Positions 1 to 9,479 are shown, counted from the first letter of the stretch. The stretch is 16,971 bases of DNA from Octopus sinensis (GCF_006345805.1 NW_021825038.1:1-16971), one strand, 5' to 3'. Numbers and translations are program-made. Notes: generated from the letters alone by a model not told the origin.

Positions 1-620
1 CAACAGCAACACACCAACCTGACTGCCATCTCGTCGCTAGAGATTAAAAACATAAACTCCAAAACACATGATGTCTATCATCAATAGTCAGCGAAGAGCT
101 GAAGAGGCCTGGGCCATTGAGAAGATCAAACTCAATCCAAAGGTTCTTTTCATTTGCAAAAAAAAAAACAGAGTCACTGGTTCTACTGTTGGCCTCTGAT
201 TGATGAAAATGGTACTCTTCAAGACAATGCCAAACCACGGGAGAGATATTGCAGAAACAATATTGCTCTGTTTTCAGCAATCCTGATATGACTGATCTGG
301 GCTGTATCAGTGATATTACTCCCCAATACACTTTATCGGACATAACCTTTGGCACTCCTGATGTCTTAGCAGCAATAAAGGAAATGAAGCATAATTCAGC
401 AGTAGGTCCCGATAGGTTCCCTGCTTGTGTCTTGAAGATGTGTCAAAACCAACTTGCATCCCCTCTAGCCAATCTGTGGCGGAACTCACTGGATGCTGGA
501 TATATACCAGAAGACCTTCTATCCCAGTCTGTTTTCCCAGTTTTCAAAAAAGGAAACAAATCGCTTGCCGTGAATTACTGTCCAATCTCACTCACCTCTC
601 ATATCATTAACCCTTTCGTT

Positions 621-679
621 ACCAAACCGCCCAAAGCCACCCGAAAAAAATTTTGGTTAATGTGACCAAACCGCCCAAA
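621..679 (+). repeat. Subterminal 15-bp direct repeats of the piggyBac left end
   Basis: ACCAAACCGCCCAAA at 621-635 and 665-679. The TGACCAAA motif (663-670) recurs inverted near the right end (TTTGGTCA, ~1665-1672). Confidence 0.7.
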
Positions 680-922
680 CCCGCCCGAATTTACCTATTC
701 ATATTTAAATGAGAATATCAGTGCAAATCTCTTTAGTACATTCGTGAAAACACGTGATTATGCTTTGTAAACAGTTCATCGACAGTTTTGTACAACGATC
801 GACGTGTAATTTTAATTCCCTGAATTTTGGGAGATTTTTTTCCACATTTTTTTCGGCATCGATTTTTCTTCAACTTTGAAAATGGATAGGAGTTTCATGT
901 TATCAAGCATTGATTCCGAATT

Positions 923-1200
923 GGAAAATTTGTGAAAAAATACTGGGTACTGTTGTGGATTTAGTTTTTATACAGGAAACTAATGTTAGTCAACATGGCT
1001 TAGGGTATGATGTGGTCTGGAAGTTATTGTTTGAAGCGATCAATGCGGAAACAAACTTACGCAGAACGTAAACAAACCCAAAATGGGGGTTCAAATTTCG
1101 GAAAATTTGTGAAGCAAATACTGGGTACTGCATGGATTTAGTTTTTATACAGGGAAAATAATGTTAGTCAGCATGGCCTAGGGAACGATGTGGTCTGGAA
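923..1200 (+). repeat. ~100-bp direct duplication inside the piggyBac derivative (923-1022 and 1100-1200)
   Basis: ggaaaatttgtgaa..tactgggtactg..ggatttagtttttatacagg..taatgttagtca..catggc..aggg..gatgtggtctggaa is present twice. The first copy translates NTGYCCGFSFYTG/TNVSQHGLGYDVVWKLL. Confidence 0.9.
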
Positions 1201-1280
1201 TTTATCACTTCCATACCATAACCAGGGTCATATATTATTTTTTGACCAATTTCTTTAGTTCGGTCAAACTTGCGGTGGAT
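1046..1280 (+). pseudogene. piggyBac transposase catalytic-core remnant
   Basis: With small frameshifts reads ..NKPK-KWGFKFRKICEANTGYCMD-FSFYTGK-NVSQHGLGNDVVWNLSLPYHNQGHILFFD-NFFSSVKLAVD. This matches the piggyBac KWGxK..C..TGY..YTG..GLG..VV..L..G..(L/F)xDN(W/F)FxS segment containing the second catalytic Asp (codon 1244-1246). Confidence 0.85.
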
Positions 1281-3029
1281 TCAAGTATTTCACTTTATTC
1301 CACCTTTATGGTACACCTGTTGTGCATTAAATTCAACTGATGATATAGTGATGTGCACAATTCTTCTTTATCAAAATTTTGTTGCATACCCATTTGAATA
1401 TTAGCTGATGATTCATTTTCTATGGTGATGTTTAAACAAAATTTTAATATTTTTACCTTTTGCTCAATTTACCTGGATTTACCTGTAATTAAAGTCACTT
1501 TGAGACAAAAGTTATGCAATAGAATTGATTAAGAACCCTTTCTTTAATTATGTTCCAAATATCACATTAAAATGTTGATAAGTAAAAAAGTTACAGTTAT
1601 TTAATGAAACAAGCCTAGATTCATGATTATTTTAGAATTTAATTGAAACTCATGAGGGGTGTATTTTGGTCAGAAATATAGTAACGAAAGGGTTAAGGTA
1701 TTTGAGAGAGTGCTGAGATCGCGTATGACTCACTTCCTTGAGTCATAATATGCTGAACTCCAACCAGCATGGATTCCGTAATGGAAGAGATTGCCTGACG
1801 CAACTACTGCATCATTTTGATGACATTTTGAGAGCCTTGGGAGAGGGTTCCAACACTGATGTCATCTACCTTGATTTCAGCAAGGCCTTTGACAGGGTTG
1901 ATCATAAGATCCTTCTGAGAAAGCTGTCCAATATTGGTGTCACTGGAAGCTGCTGCAGTGGATCAAGTGCTTCCTGTCTAACAGAACCAACATGTTGTAG
2001 TCGAAGGAGTCAAATCCAGCCCAGCCAAAATCAGCAGTGGTGTCCCACAAGGCACTGTGTTGGGCCCACTTCTCTTCATCATCTACATAAATGATATTAC
2101 TGACACCATCAAACACAGTAACATCAGAACCTTCGCTGATGATTCCAAGCTCCAGAAGGTCATCAGTGGCGTGGATGACCGAATAAGCCTTCAGTCAGAC
2201 CTACTGGCTGTTGTCCAATGGGCGGAAAAGAACAACATGTTGCTAAACAAAGACAAATTCGAACTGATCCACTTTGGATGGGAGGATGCTCTGAAACTCC
2301 CATACTCCCTTCTGGAGAAATTCTCATGTTGTCCAACAACATCAGAGACTTGGGAGTAACAGTGGACAACAACATAAGCTGGGCTGCACATATAAGCAGC
2401 AAAGTTGACATGGCCCGCAGAATGTGTTCCTGGATTCTCAGAACCTTCCAATCGAGAGATTCCCACACTATTATCCTTCTCTTCTCCTCTTTTGCCCGAC
2501 CCCACCTTGAATACTGCTGTCCACTGTGGTCTTCCTACACAAAACAAAATATGAGAATTGAAGCTCCCCAAAGGTCAATCACAAAAAAGATAGATGGCAT
2601 GTCAGACCTTGACTACTGGGGTAGACTAGAGAAGCTGAAACTGTATTCACTCCAATGACGCCGTGAACGCTACATTATCTGTATGATGTGGAAAATATTC
2701 CATCAGCACTGTTCGAATGATGTTGGCATCACCTTCAAAATACATCCAAGGCTTGGACCACGTGCCATCGGTCCACAACAAAAATCTAAATCGCATCACA
2801 TAACGACAATACGGCACAATTATTTCACCTCAAATGGACCCGCTCTCTTCAACATTACACCAGGACACGTCAAAACAGAAACTGACCACACAAAATTCAA
2901 GAAGTCTTTGGACAAATTCCTTCAAACAGTCCTTGACAAACCACCCACACCCGGATATGTCTCCGCAAACAATAACTCTCTGCTCGAATGGGCCTCGGTG
3001 CCCAAATCCTGAATTGAAAGACTTCGCCA

Positions 3030-3086
3030 GGTGGTGCTATTACGTTAGACATGGCCTGGGCCAATACTGGCCAAAACCTTTCTAAG
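3030..3086 (+). other. LINE A 3' terminal motif with stem-loop
   Basis: GGTGGTG-N13-CATGGCC-N2-GGCCA(atac)TGGCC-AAAAC-CTTTCTAAG; same layout as the LINE B tail. Confidence 0.65.
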
Positions 3087-3088
3087 TT

Positions 3089-3108
3089 ATATATATATAT
3101 ATATATAT
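3089..3108. repeat. (TA)n microsatellite
   Basis: Direct reading. Confidence 0.95.
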
Positions 3109-3476
3109 AATAAATATTAGGGAATAAATCCAAACTTACAGGGAAAAATCAGATTTAGGATTGAATCCAATTTTATAGTAAAATATTATATTATATTAAA
3201 TTAGAGACAAAACCACTATTAGGCGAATCATACAATGAAAAACTTAAGCCAATACAGAAGATTATTTAATTTATATTATTTAAATATATAACAAAATTAT
3301 TTAAAAAATATAATTAATATAACACTACGATCGTTTCATGGCTGTTAATTTCTTTAAATTTTCGAGTTACAGTCATTCATCAGGTGGTTTAAATATTTAT
3401 CTTGGCGAGGTTTAAACCTCTTGGCTTAAGTTTTTCATTGTATGATTTGCCTAATAGTGGTTTTGTCTCTAATTTA

Positions 3477-3486
<10 letters not shown>
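3109..3486 (-). mobile_element. Penelope-like hammerhead cassette A with inverted partial copy
   Basis: Minus-strand hammerhead at ~3321-3390. 60-bp inverted repeat 3193-3252 / 3421-3480 with 1 mismatch. Perfect palindrome GAGGTTTAAACCTC (3407-3420) at the junction. (TA)n on both flanks. Confidence 0.78.
3321..3390 (-). ncRNA. Minimal type I hammerhead ribozyme, helix III loop GAUC
   Basis: Minus strand: aaaccac-CUGAUGA-augacugu..acagccau-GAAA-C(GAUC)G-UA-guguu. Helix II is 8 bp with one A-C mismatch; helix I is imperfect. Predicted cut after GUA (plus-strand position 3326). Confidence 0.85.

Positions 3487-3541
<55 letters not shown>
3483..3541. repeat. (TA)n microsatellite
   Basis: Direct reading, about 29 units. 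Confidence 0.97.
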
Positions 3542-3544
<3 letters not shown>

Positions 3545-3546
3545 CA

Positions 3547-3766
3547 GGCGGTGAGCTGGCAGAATCGTTAGCACACCGGGCGAAATGCTTGGCGGTATTT
3601 CGTCTGTCGTTACGTTCTGAGTTCAAATTCCGCCGAGGTTGACTTTGCCTTTCATCCTTCTGGGGTCGATAAATTAAGTACCAGTTTCGCACTGGGATCT
3701 TTGTAATCGACTTAATCCCTTTGTCTGTCCCCTCTATGTTTAGCCCCTTGTGGGCAATAAAGAAAT
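3547..3766 (+). mobile_element. tRNA-derived SINE, probably with a Meta/MESC-type central domain
   Basis: A box TGGCAGAATCG (3557-3567), B box GTTCAAATTCC (3621-3631), core GACTTTGCCTTTCATCCTTCTGGGGTCGATAAATTAAGTACCAG, tail AATAAAGAAATA into TA repeats. The Meta/MESC assignment is from memory. Confidence 0.88.
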
Positions 3767-3845
3767 ATATATATAAATATATATTTATATATATATAATA
3801 ATGATAAATCTCAGAGCAAGTTATAAACAGTAGCAGCAACACATC

Positions 3846-4115
3846 GTGACTTATATTTGCGTTTGAATATGGCTAACCCCTAAGGGTGGATGCTACTGTA
3901 GTTTGTATACCCAAGAGGACGGGTCAATACCCTGAAACTCGAGTCCGTGTGTATCATAAGTTGAAGACGAGAAGGATGGCTTCCCTTTGCAAATACTGAT
4001 AGGGCACAGAAAGTGTGTCTATAGCCAGCTGGAGGAGGTGTCCTCCTGGGGCTACAAACTACAGTAGCATCCACCCTTAGGGGTTAGCCATATTCAAATG
4101 GCAAATATACGTCAC
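3846..4115 (+). mobile_element. Penelope-like hammerhead cassette B with inverted partial copy
   Basis: Inverted arms 3846-3920 / 4040-4115, with a perfect 46-bp core (3862-3907 / 4053-4098). The 3' half of a hammerhead lies right at the junction. Right end abuts (TA)n. Confidence 0.78.
3918..3955 (+). ncRNA. 5'-truncated hammerhead ribozyme, helix III loop UCGA (predicted inactive)
   Basis: GA-c-GGGU(caau)ACCC-u-GAAA-C(UCGA)G-UC-cguguguauc. The CUGANG half and the 5' strand of helix I are replaced by the inverted arm. Confidence 0.7.
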
Positions 4116-4472
4116 TATATATATATAAATTGAGATAACGGTTGTGAGTGCAACCCACCATGGGATAACATATATCCAATATACTGCCAGTAAAGCACCC
4201 AACAAAGTTAATACATAAATGTTAAGAATTGCAATGCAATTAATTCATTTATTGTATTATATGGGCAAAGGTAAAATATTTTACCACAAATTCATAATAC
4301 AAAATAAGAAAATGAGGAATACACCTTAATCAATAATCAACTACCAGATAATACCCATTCACATAATTTATTAACCAGCTACATATGAACAAACACAATA
4401 ATACAGAACAAAACAATGATTAATATGATACAATAAGTACAATACGTATAAATAAATATAAATATAAACTAG

Positions 4473-4599
4473 ATCTTACAGCTGTTTCAGCCATGTAGAT
4501 ATGAGTATCTCATTATGCTCATATTAGCCAGGTGTGATAAGTTAATATGTGGTTATAAATGAGACACTTACATATATATCCCAAGGCCTCTTCAGAGAT
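4473..4599 (-). ncRNA. Minimal type I hammerhead ribozyme, helix III loop AGCU (left arm of C)
   Basis: Minus strand: aucu-CUGAAGA-ggcc..(92 nt)..ggcu-GAAA-C(AGCU)G-UA-agau. Confidence 0.82.
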
Positions 4600-4878
4600 T
4601 ATAAAGTACAATCCAAATATGAATATAAGAGAAGGTACACCTATACAAGAATGAGTACATATACATAATATATAATATACACATAAATATAAGTGTATAT
4701 ACACATGTACCTATATATATATAAGTATATACATAATACTATATAATAATATACATACATATAAGGTTACAGTTAGTCAAATCAATATATTAGAATATAC
4801 AAACATACACATATCCACATGAAAATGTACATATACAAAGTCAAGAGTTCATTGTATTAAGTTACAAAATGCCATTAA

Positions 4879-4937
4879 TGGTATTATTATTATTATTACT
4901 ATTATTATTATTATTATTAATAATAATAATAATACCA
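4879..4937. repeat. (TAT)n-(AAT)n self-complementary microsatellite inside arm C (counterpart at ~8071-8110)
   Basis: tggtattattatt...aataataatacca can fold on itself. Confidence 0.9.
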
Positions 4938-6952
4938 GTAAAAGAATATGTGCATCACGCCATTCACAATACATATTAGATGGAAAATATCCCATAGAAT
5001 ACAGCAACAGCATAATATAGTGATTATAATAACATAATAATAATATAATACAATACATTATAGCTCAACCAACACATATAAAATGAAAAATATTGATTTA
5101 CATCAGAAAAATCCAGAAGTGTACATGCGTATAAACGCATACAAATCAGATATTTATTAGCAGGTTTGGAAATAATTTAAGATTGAAAGCTCAATACGAT
5201 TGTCTTGCACATTTGAATTTCAGTTGTCTTAGTTACGGTTGGTTTATTAAGATACACTTACATACATAAACATGTATATGCGCGCTTACACATGTACACA
5301 TAGATAAACCAAAGTACTGAAAATACAAGCTTACATACACACAGACATGCTTACATACATAACTAGATACGTATATATCCATATATGAATATATATATAA
5401 ACAAATACGTATACCCAAAAGCAACCACGCACACATATATGTATATATATATACATACACATACATACTGTTAACTAAAATAATATTAAGAATCATTAAA
5501 ATTAAGATAATACTAAATGTTAATACAACGAAAGGGGTTGGAAGGGTAATTCGAAATGTACAAAAAAGAGGGGCCTAAAAGGGTAGAAAAACGTAAGGGT
5601 TAATAAAAGGCAAAGGTTGGAAAATATTCAGATAAAATTTATAAGAGGGATATAAACTTAACACACAGATTTATCATAACTAGTGTAAAGAAGTATGTTA
5701 TTTGCATAAGATACATAATGAAAAATTACACCGATTATACCGTAAAAAAACAGAAAACTACGAAAACGTCCAGATATCAACACCTACAAGTATGAGCTTA
5801 CTCAAACCACAATTCTGTACAAATCCCAACCCAGCATACCACACATCCATATACAAAACAAATATAAAGCTACCAAATAAAAAACCTATAAATCTAAATT
5901 TAATATATATATATATACAGGTATACATACACTGACGTACCTAAATGTACCCTAAAAGAATAGACATACGTATATATCCTCCTACATACAAATATACTGC
6001 ATAAGAAAAATGAATACACATCCATATGTACACTCACAAACACACCATCAATAAATATGTATAGGTATGGGAAAACTGCACCAATATATATATGCACATA
6101 TATATATACATATATACACCTGCATACACATATATACACAAACGCAAATTCACCCATAAAAGCATGAATATACATATAAACGTACGCAGACATACATACA
6201 GATAGAATTACAATATACATACAAAAATTATATATATACACGTGTGGAGAACTACACCAAATTATATCCGCAAACATTTGTATACACATACATACACGTG
6301 CACAACATCAATATATTTATTGATGTTGTGTATGTGCGTGTACATATGGATGTGTATTTATATTTTCTTATGGAGTATATTTGTATGTAGGCGGATATAT
6401 ACGTATGTCTATTCTTTTAGGGTACATTTAGGTACGTCAGTGTATGTATACCTGTATATATATATATTAAATTTAGATTTATAGGTGTATATCTGTTACT
6501 TATATGTATATTTATGTGTAGGTATTTGGGTATAAAAGTACATATGTATGAGTCTTTGTACAAATGTTATTGTCGGTGTATACCTAAAATTAAAATAAAC
6601 ATGTATACACCGATAGATATAGATTACATAATTTTTGATGGGTTGTGTTTCGTGTTTGGGGGTACATGGTTGTGGTGGTAAATAACTCCGGTTTTTTATT
6701 TGGTAGCCTTATATTTGTTTTGTATATGGATGTGTGGTTTGCTAGGATAGGGTTTATACAGAATTGTGGTTTGAGCAAGCTCATACTTGTAGTTGTTGAT
6801 ATCTGGACGGTTTAGTAGTGTTTTGTTTTTTTACGGTATAATCGGTGTAATTTTTCATTATGTATCTTCCGCAAATAACGCACTTTTTCTTTACCCTAGT
6901 TATTGTAAATGTGTGTGTTGAGTTTGTAGTGATGCTACTGTGTAAGGTTCAG

Positions 6953-7051
6953 CGCGCATGCGCAGAATGGGACTACTTCCGGGTGGCCACCGGAAGTCTT
7001 CCCCATGCGCATGTGCGGGAAACTGACCCCTAAGGCACAGTCCACTCATTC
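6953..7051 (+). promoter_or_regulatory. Symmetric NRF1-ETS-ETS-NRF1 motif cassette plus Inr-like site in the LTR
   Basis: GCGCATGCGC (6954-63), ACTTCCGG (6975-82), CCGGAAGT (6990-97), TGCGCATGTGCG (7006-17), TCATTC (7046-51; fits TCAKTY). Motif match only. Confidence 0.55.
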
Positions 7052-7231
7052 ACTCTCTCTGGCCCCAACAGCGCTCGTGAACTGACGTGCATTAGAAGTC
7101 TCTGAGAACTACGCATCGACTTAGCAGCGGACACATCGAACCACTTCGACCAGCCTACAAGAAGCAGTACAACAGATATGGCTGTCGGTCCCCCTCAGAA
7201 ATAGGCACACCAGATCAACACCATCACGAGT

Positions 7232-7237
7232 AATAAA
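7232..7237 (+). terminator. Polyadenylation signal of the solo LTR
   Basis: AATAAA ~120 nt before the LTR 3' end, followed by CA and T-rich sequence. Confidence 0.5.
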
Positions 7238-8074
7238 ACAACATTTGCTGTCTTTCCCAGATAACCTGACTTCGTCTGTTATATTTAACTAAATTGAATG
7301 TGACGGGATCGGATCGGACACCCCTTCAGTGATACCGATTCCAGATCCTGTTACAAGTTTATATCCCTCTTGTAAACTCTATCTGAATATTTTCCAACCT
7401 TTGCCTAATATTAATCCTTACGTTTTCTACCCTTTTAGGCCCCTCTTTTTTGTACATTACGAATTACCCTTCCAACCCTTTTTGATGTATTAACAATTAG
7501 TATTATCTTAATTTTAATGATTCTTAATATTATTTTAGTTAACAGTATGTATGTGTATGTATATATATACATATATGTGTGCGTGGTTGCTTTTGGGTAT
7601 ATGTATTTGTTTATATATATGGATATATACGTATCTAGTTATGTATGTACGCATGTCTGTGTGTATGTAAGCTTGTATTTTCTGTGCTTAGGTTTATCTA
7701 TGTGTGCATGTGTATGCACGGATATACATGTGTATGTATGTAAGTGTATCTTAACCAACCAACGGTAACTAAGACAATTGAAATTCAAATGTGCCAGCCA
7801 ATCGTATTGAGCTTTCAATCTTAAATTATTTGCAAACCTGCTAATAAATATCAATCACCGTCCCAACTCTGATTTGTATGTATGTATACGCATGCACACT
7901 TTCGGTTTTTTCTGTGATGTAAAGGAATATTTTTTCCTTATATATGTGTTTGTTGAGCTATAATGTATTGTATTATATTATTATGTTATTATATTATGCT
8001 GTTGCTGTATTCTATGTGATATTTTCCATCTAATATGTATTGTGAATGGCGGAATGCACATATTCTTTTACTGG

Positions 8075-8105
<31 letters not shown>

Positions 8106-8373
8106 AATAATAGCCTTTTGTAGCTTAATACAATGAACTCTGAACTTTGTATATGTACACTTTCATGTGGATGTGTGTATGTATGTATATTATAATATAT
8201 TGATTTGACTAACTGTAACCTTATATGTATGCATATTATTATGTATATACTTATATATATGTAGGTGCATGTGTATATACACTTTTATGTATGTGTATAT
8301 TATGTTATGTATATGTACTTATTCTTGTACATGTGTACCTTCTCTTATATTCATATTTGAATTGTACTTTATA

Positions 8374-8465
8374 ATCTCTGAAGAGGCCTTTATTACCTTA
8401 ACACACCTGGCTAATATGAGCATAATGAGATACTCCTATCTACATGGCTGAAACAGCTGTAAGAT
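8374..8465 (+). ncRNA. Minimal type I hammerhead ribozyme, helix III loop AGCU (right arm of C)
   Basis: aucu (8374-77)-CUGAAGA (8378-84)-ggcc..(57 nt)..ggcu-GAAA (8450-53)-C(AGCU)G-UA-agau. Predicted cut after 8461. Confidence 0.85.
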
Positions 8466-9223
8466 CTAGTTTATATTTATATTTATCTATACGTATTGTA
8501 CTTATGGTATCATATTAGTCATTGATGTGTACTGTTTTGTTCTATATTATTGTGTTTGATCTTGATGTTCCTATGTAGTTGGTTAATAAATTAAGTGAAT
8601 GGATATTATCTGGTAGTTGATGATTGATTAAAGTGTATTCCTCCATTTTCTTATTTTGAATTTGAGGTAAAACATTTTACCTTCGCCCATATAATATAAT
8701 AAATGAATTAATTGCATTGCAATTCTTAGCATTTATGTATTAACTTTATTGGGTGCTTTACTGGCAGTATATTGGATATATGTTATCCCATAGAGGGTTA
8801 CACTCACAACGCCTATCTCACTTTATATATTTATATATATATTTTAGAAGAACCTTCAAGAGATCGATGTTATCAGAAGTGAATGTTGTCTGTAAAGCAA
8901 ATATAAGTGAAAGTACGACAAGACACTGTATTTGAGAAGAATATTTTTGCTTTTGATGTAGTATATGCAACTAAAACATACCTCGCGAAGAACCGAACAC
9001 ATATGCTAAAGCCACGTATTTGAAAACCTCTGAAAAGCTACTTCCTGATATTGAATCGCTCAAATATTAAATTCACAAGCTGATCAAAACTTGAAAACAA
9101 TCCACAAAATATTGCATTTATGAACATTGGAACTCTATTCTTTTTTTTTGTTTACAAAATGCAAGTAAAAAATACGGAAATATCGAAGGTCTGGCTTTTA
9201 TATCTTTCTTTCTTCTAAAACAG

Positions 9224-9253
9224 AGTGAAGGAAAGTGTTCTCTCAACCAGAAG
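9224..9253 (+). other. Candidate 30-nt host exon (frame 0: SEGKCSLNQK)
   Basis: Acceptor tatctttctttcttctaaaaCAG| and donor AAG|GTAAGA; length is a multiple of 3; lies in one of the few non-repeat stretches. No transcript evidence. Confidence 0.35.
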
Positions 9254-9479
9254 GTAAGAAAAAAATGTTATTTATTATTATTGATAATCGACGATCTTAC
9301 GGTTCTAAGATCACCAAATAATCTATAGATATAATCGCGATTATAGATTAAAATAAAAAATGCTATTTTTATTTTTCAACGCGCATCTGTTTGTATATAA
9401 ATTCGTCCGTGATACAGTGTTTTCTTCTCTCAATCCTGACTATCTGTGTAACCTGCTTTACTCTTTCTATCCCTTTCGT

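Larger units (their letters stand above)
611..1692 (+). mobile_element. Non-autonomous piggyBac deletion derivative (1082 bp)
   Basis: TTAA at 607-610 and 1693-1696. Perfect 12-bp TIR CCCTTTCGTTAC (611-622) / GTAACGAAAGGG (1681-1692). Removing the element plus one TTAA restores the LINE frame SHII-K-VFERVLR. Confidence 0.95.
1..3012 (+). pseudogene. LINE A ORF2 (reverse transcriptase and C-terminal region), disrupted
   Basis: ORF-track pieces 249-610, 1738-2094, 2057-2359, 2218-2658 and 2683-3012 join into one RT. It has several frameshifts, an in-frame TGA at 2656-2658 and the 611-1696 insertion. Confidence 0.92.
1..3088 (+). mobile_element. CR1/L2-group non-LTR retrotransposon (LINE A), 5' part outside window, interrupted by piggyBac insertion
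   Basis: Frame-shifted ORF2 pieces in the expected order: AWAIEKIKLNPK, GPDRFPA, PISLTSHIIK/VFERV, QHGFRNGRDCLTQLL, YLDFSKAFDRVDH, QGTVLGPLLFIIYIND, FADD (2132-2143), YCCPLWS, YWGRLEKLKLYSLQ*RRERY, ending NSLLEWASVPKS* at 3012. A short 3' UTR ends at the (TA)n. Clade assignment is from recalled motif style. Confidence 0.93.
6925..7355 (+). mobile_element. Solo LTR (431 bp), Ty3/Gypsy-like
   Basis: TGTA...TACA termini and 4-bp TSD AGTT (6921-6924 / 7356-7359). The empty site is visible in the left arm (rc of gtgtgttaagtttatatcc, ~5650-5668). CpG-rich U3-like part and AATAAA at 7232-7237. Gypsy assignment is inferred from the 4-bp TSD. Confidence 0.9.
4131..8820. mobile_element. Large head-to-head Penelope-like hammerhead cassette C (4.7-kb imperfect palindrome)
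   Basis: Left arm 4131-6058 is the reverse complement of right arm 6313-8820, about 90% identical by eye in sampled stretches. The right arm additionally holds a solo LTR (6925-7355) and a ~204-bp segment (6486-6689). One hammerhead per arm; no real ORF; TA-rich flanks. Confidence 0.82.

Noticed and set aside
1337-1411. CTGATGA motifs at 1337 and 1405 (and 2136) as additional hammerheads
   Set aside because: No helix II followed by GAAA and NUH; the one at 2136 is simply the ADD codons of the RT.
3547-3631. tRNA gene
   Set aside because: A and B boxes are present, but there is no convincing cloverleaf and the sequence continues into a SINE core and tail.
4131-4290. ADAR-type directional A-to-G bias between the arms of C
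   Set aside because: In the ~150 bp compared by eye, transitions went in both directions; no bias visible.
4131-8820. Cassette C (and A, B, D) as DNA transposons with long TIRs
   Set aside because: No TSD or transposase remnant, arm lengths differ greatly between cassettes, and hammerheads point to PLE origin. Not formally excluded without a family alignment.
8848-8885. Second candidate exon after TTTTAG
   Set aside because: The acceptor is built from TA-repeat sequence and the donor (GTGAAT) is weak.
4519-8935. Many 60-130-aa Tyr/Ile/Val/Cys-rich ORFs within cassette C
   Set aside because: Translations of TATG/TGTG low-complexity sequence, mirrored between arms, with no domain motifs.
9471-9479. 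CCCTTTCGT resembling the piggyBac TIR
   Set aside because: Only a 9-bp match, no adjacent TTAA and no partner end.
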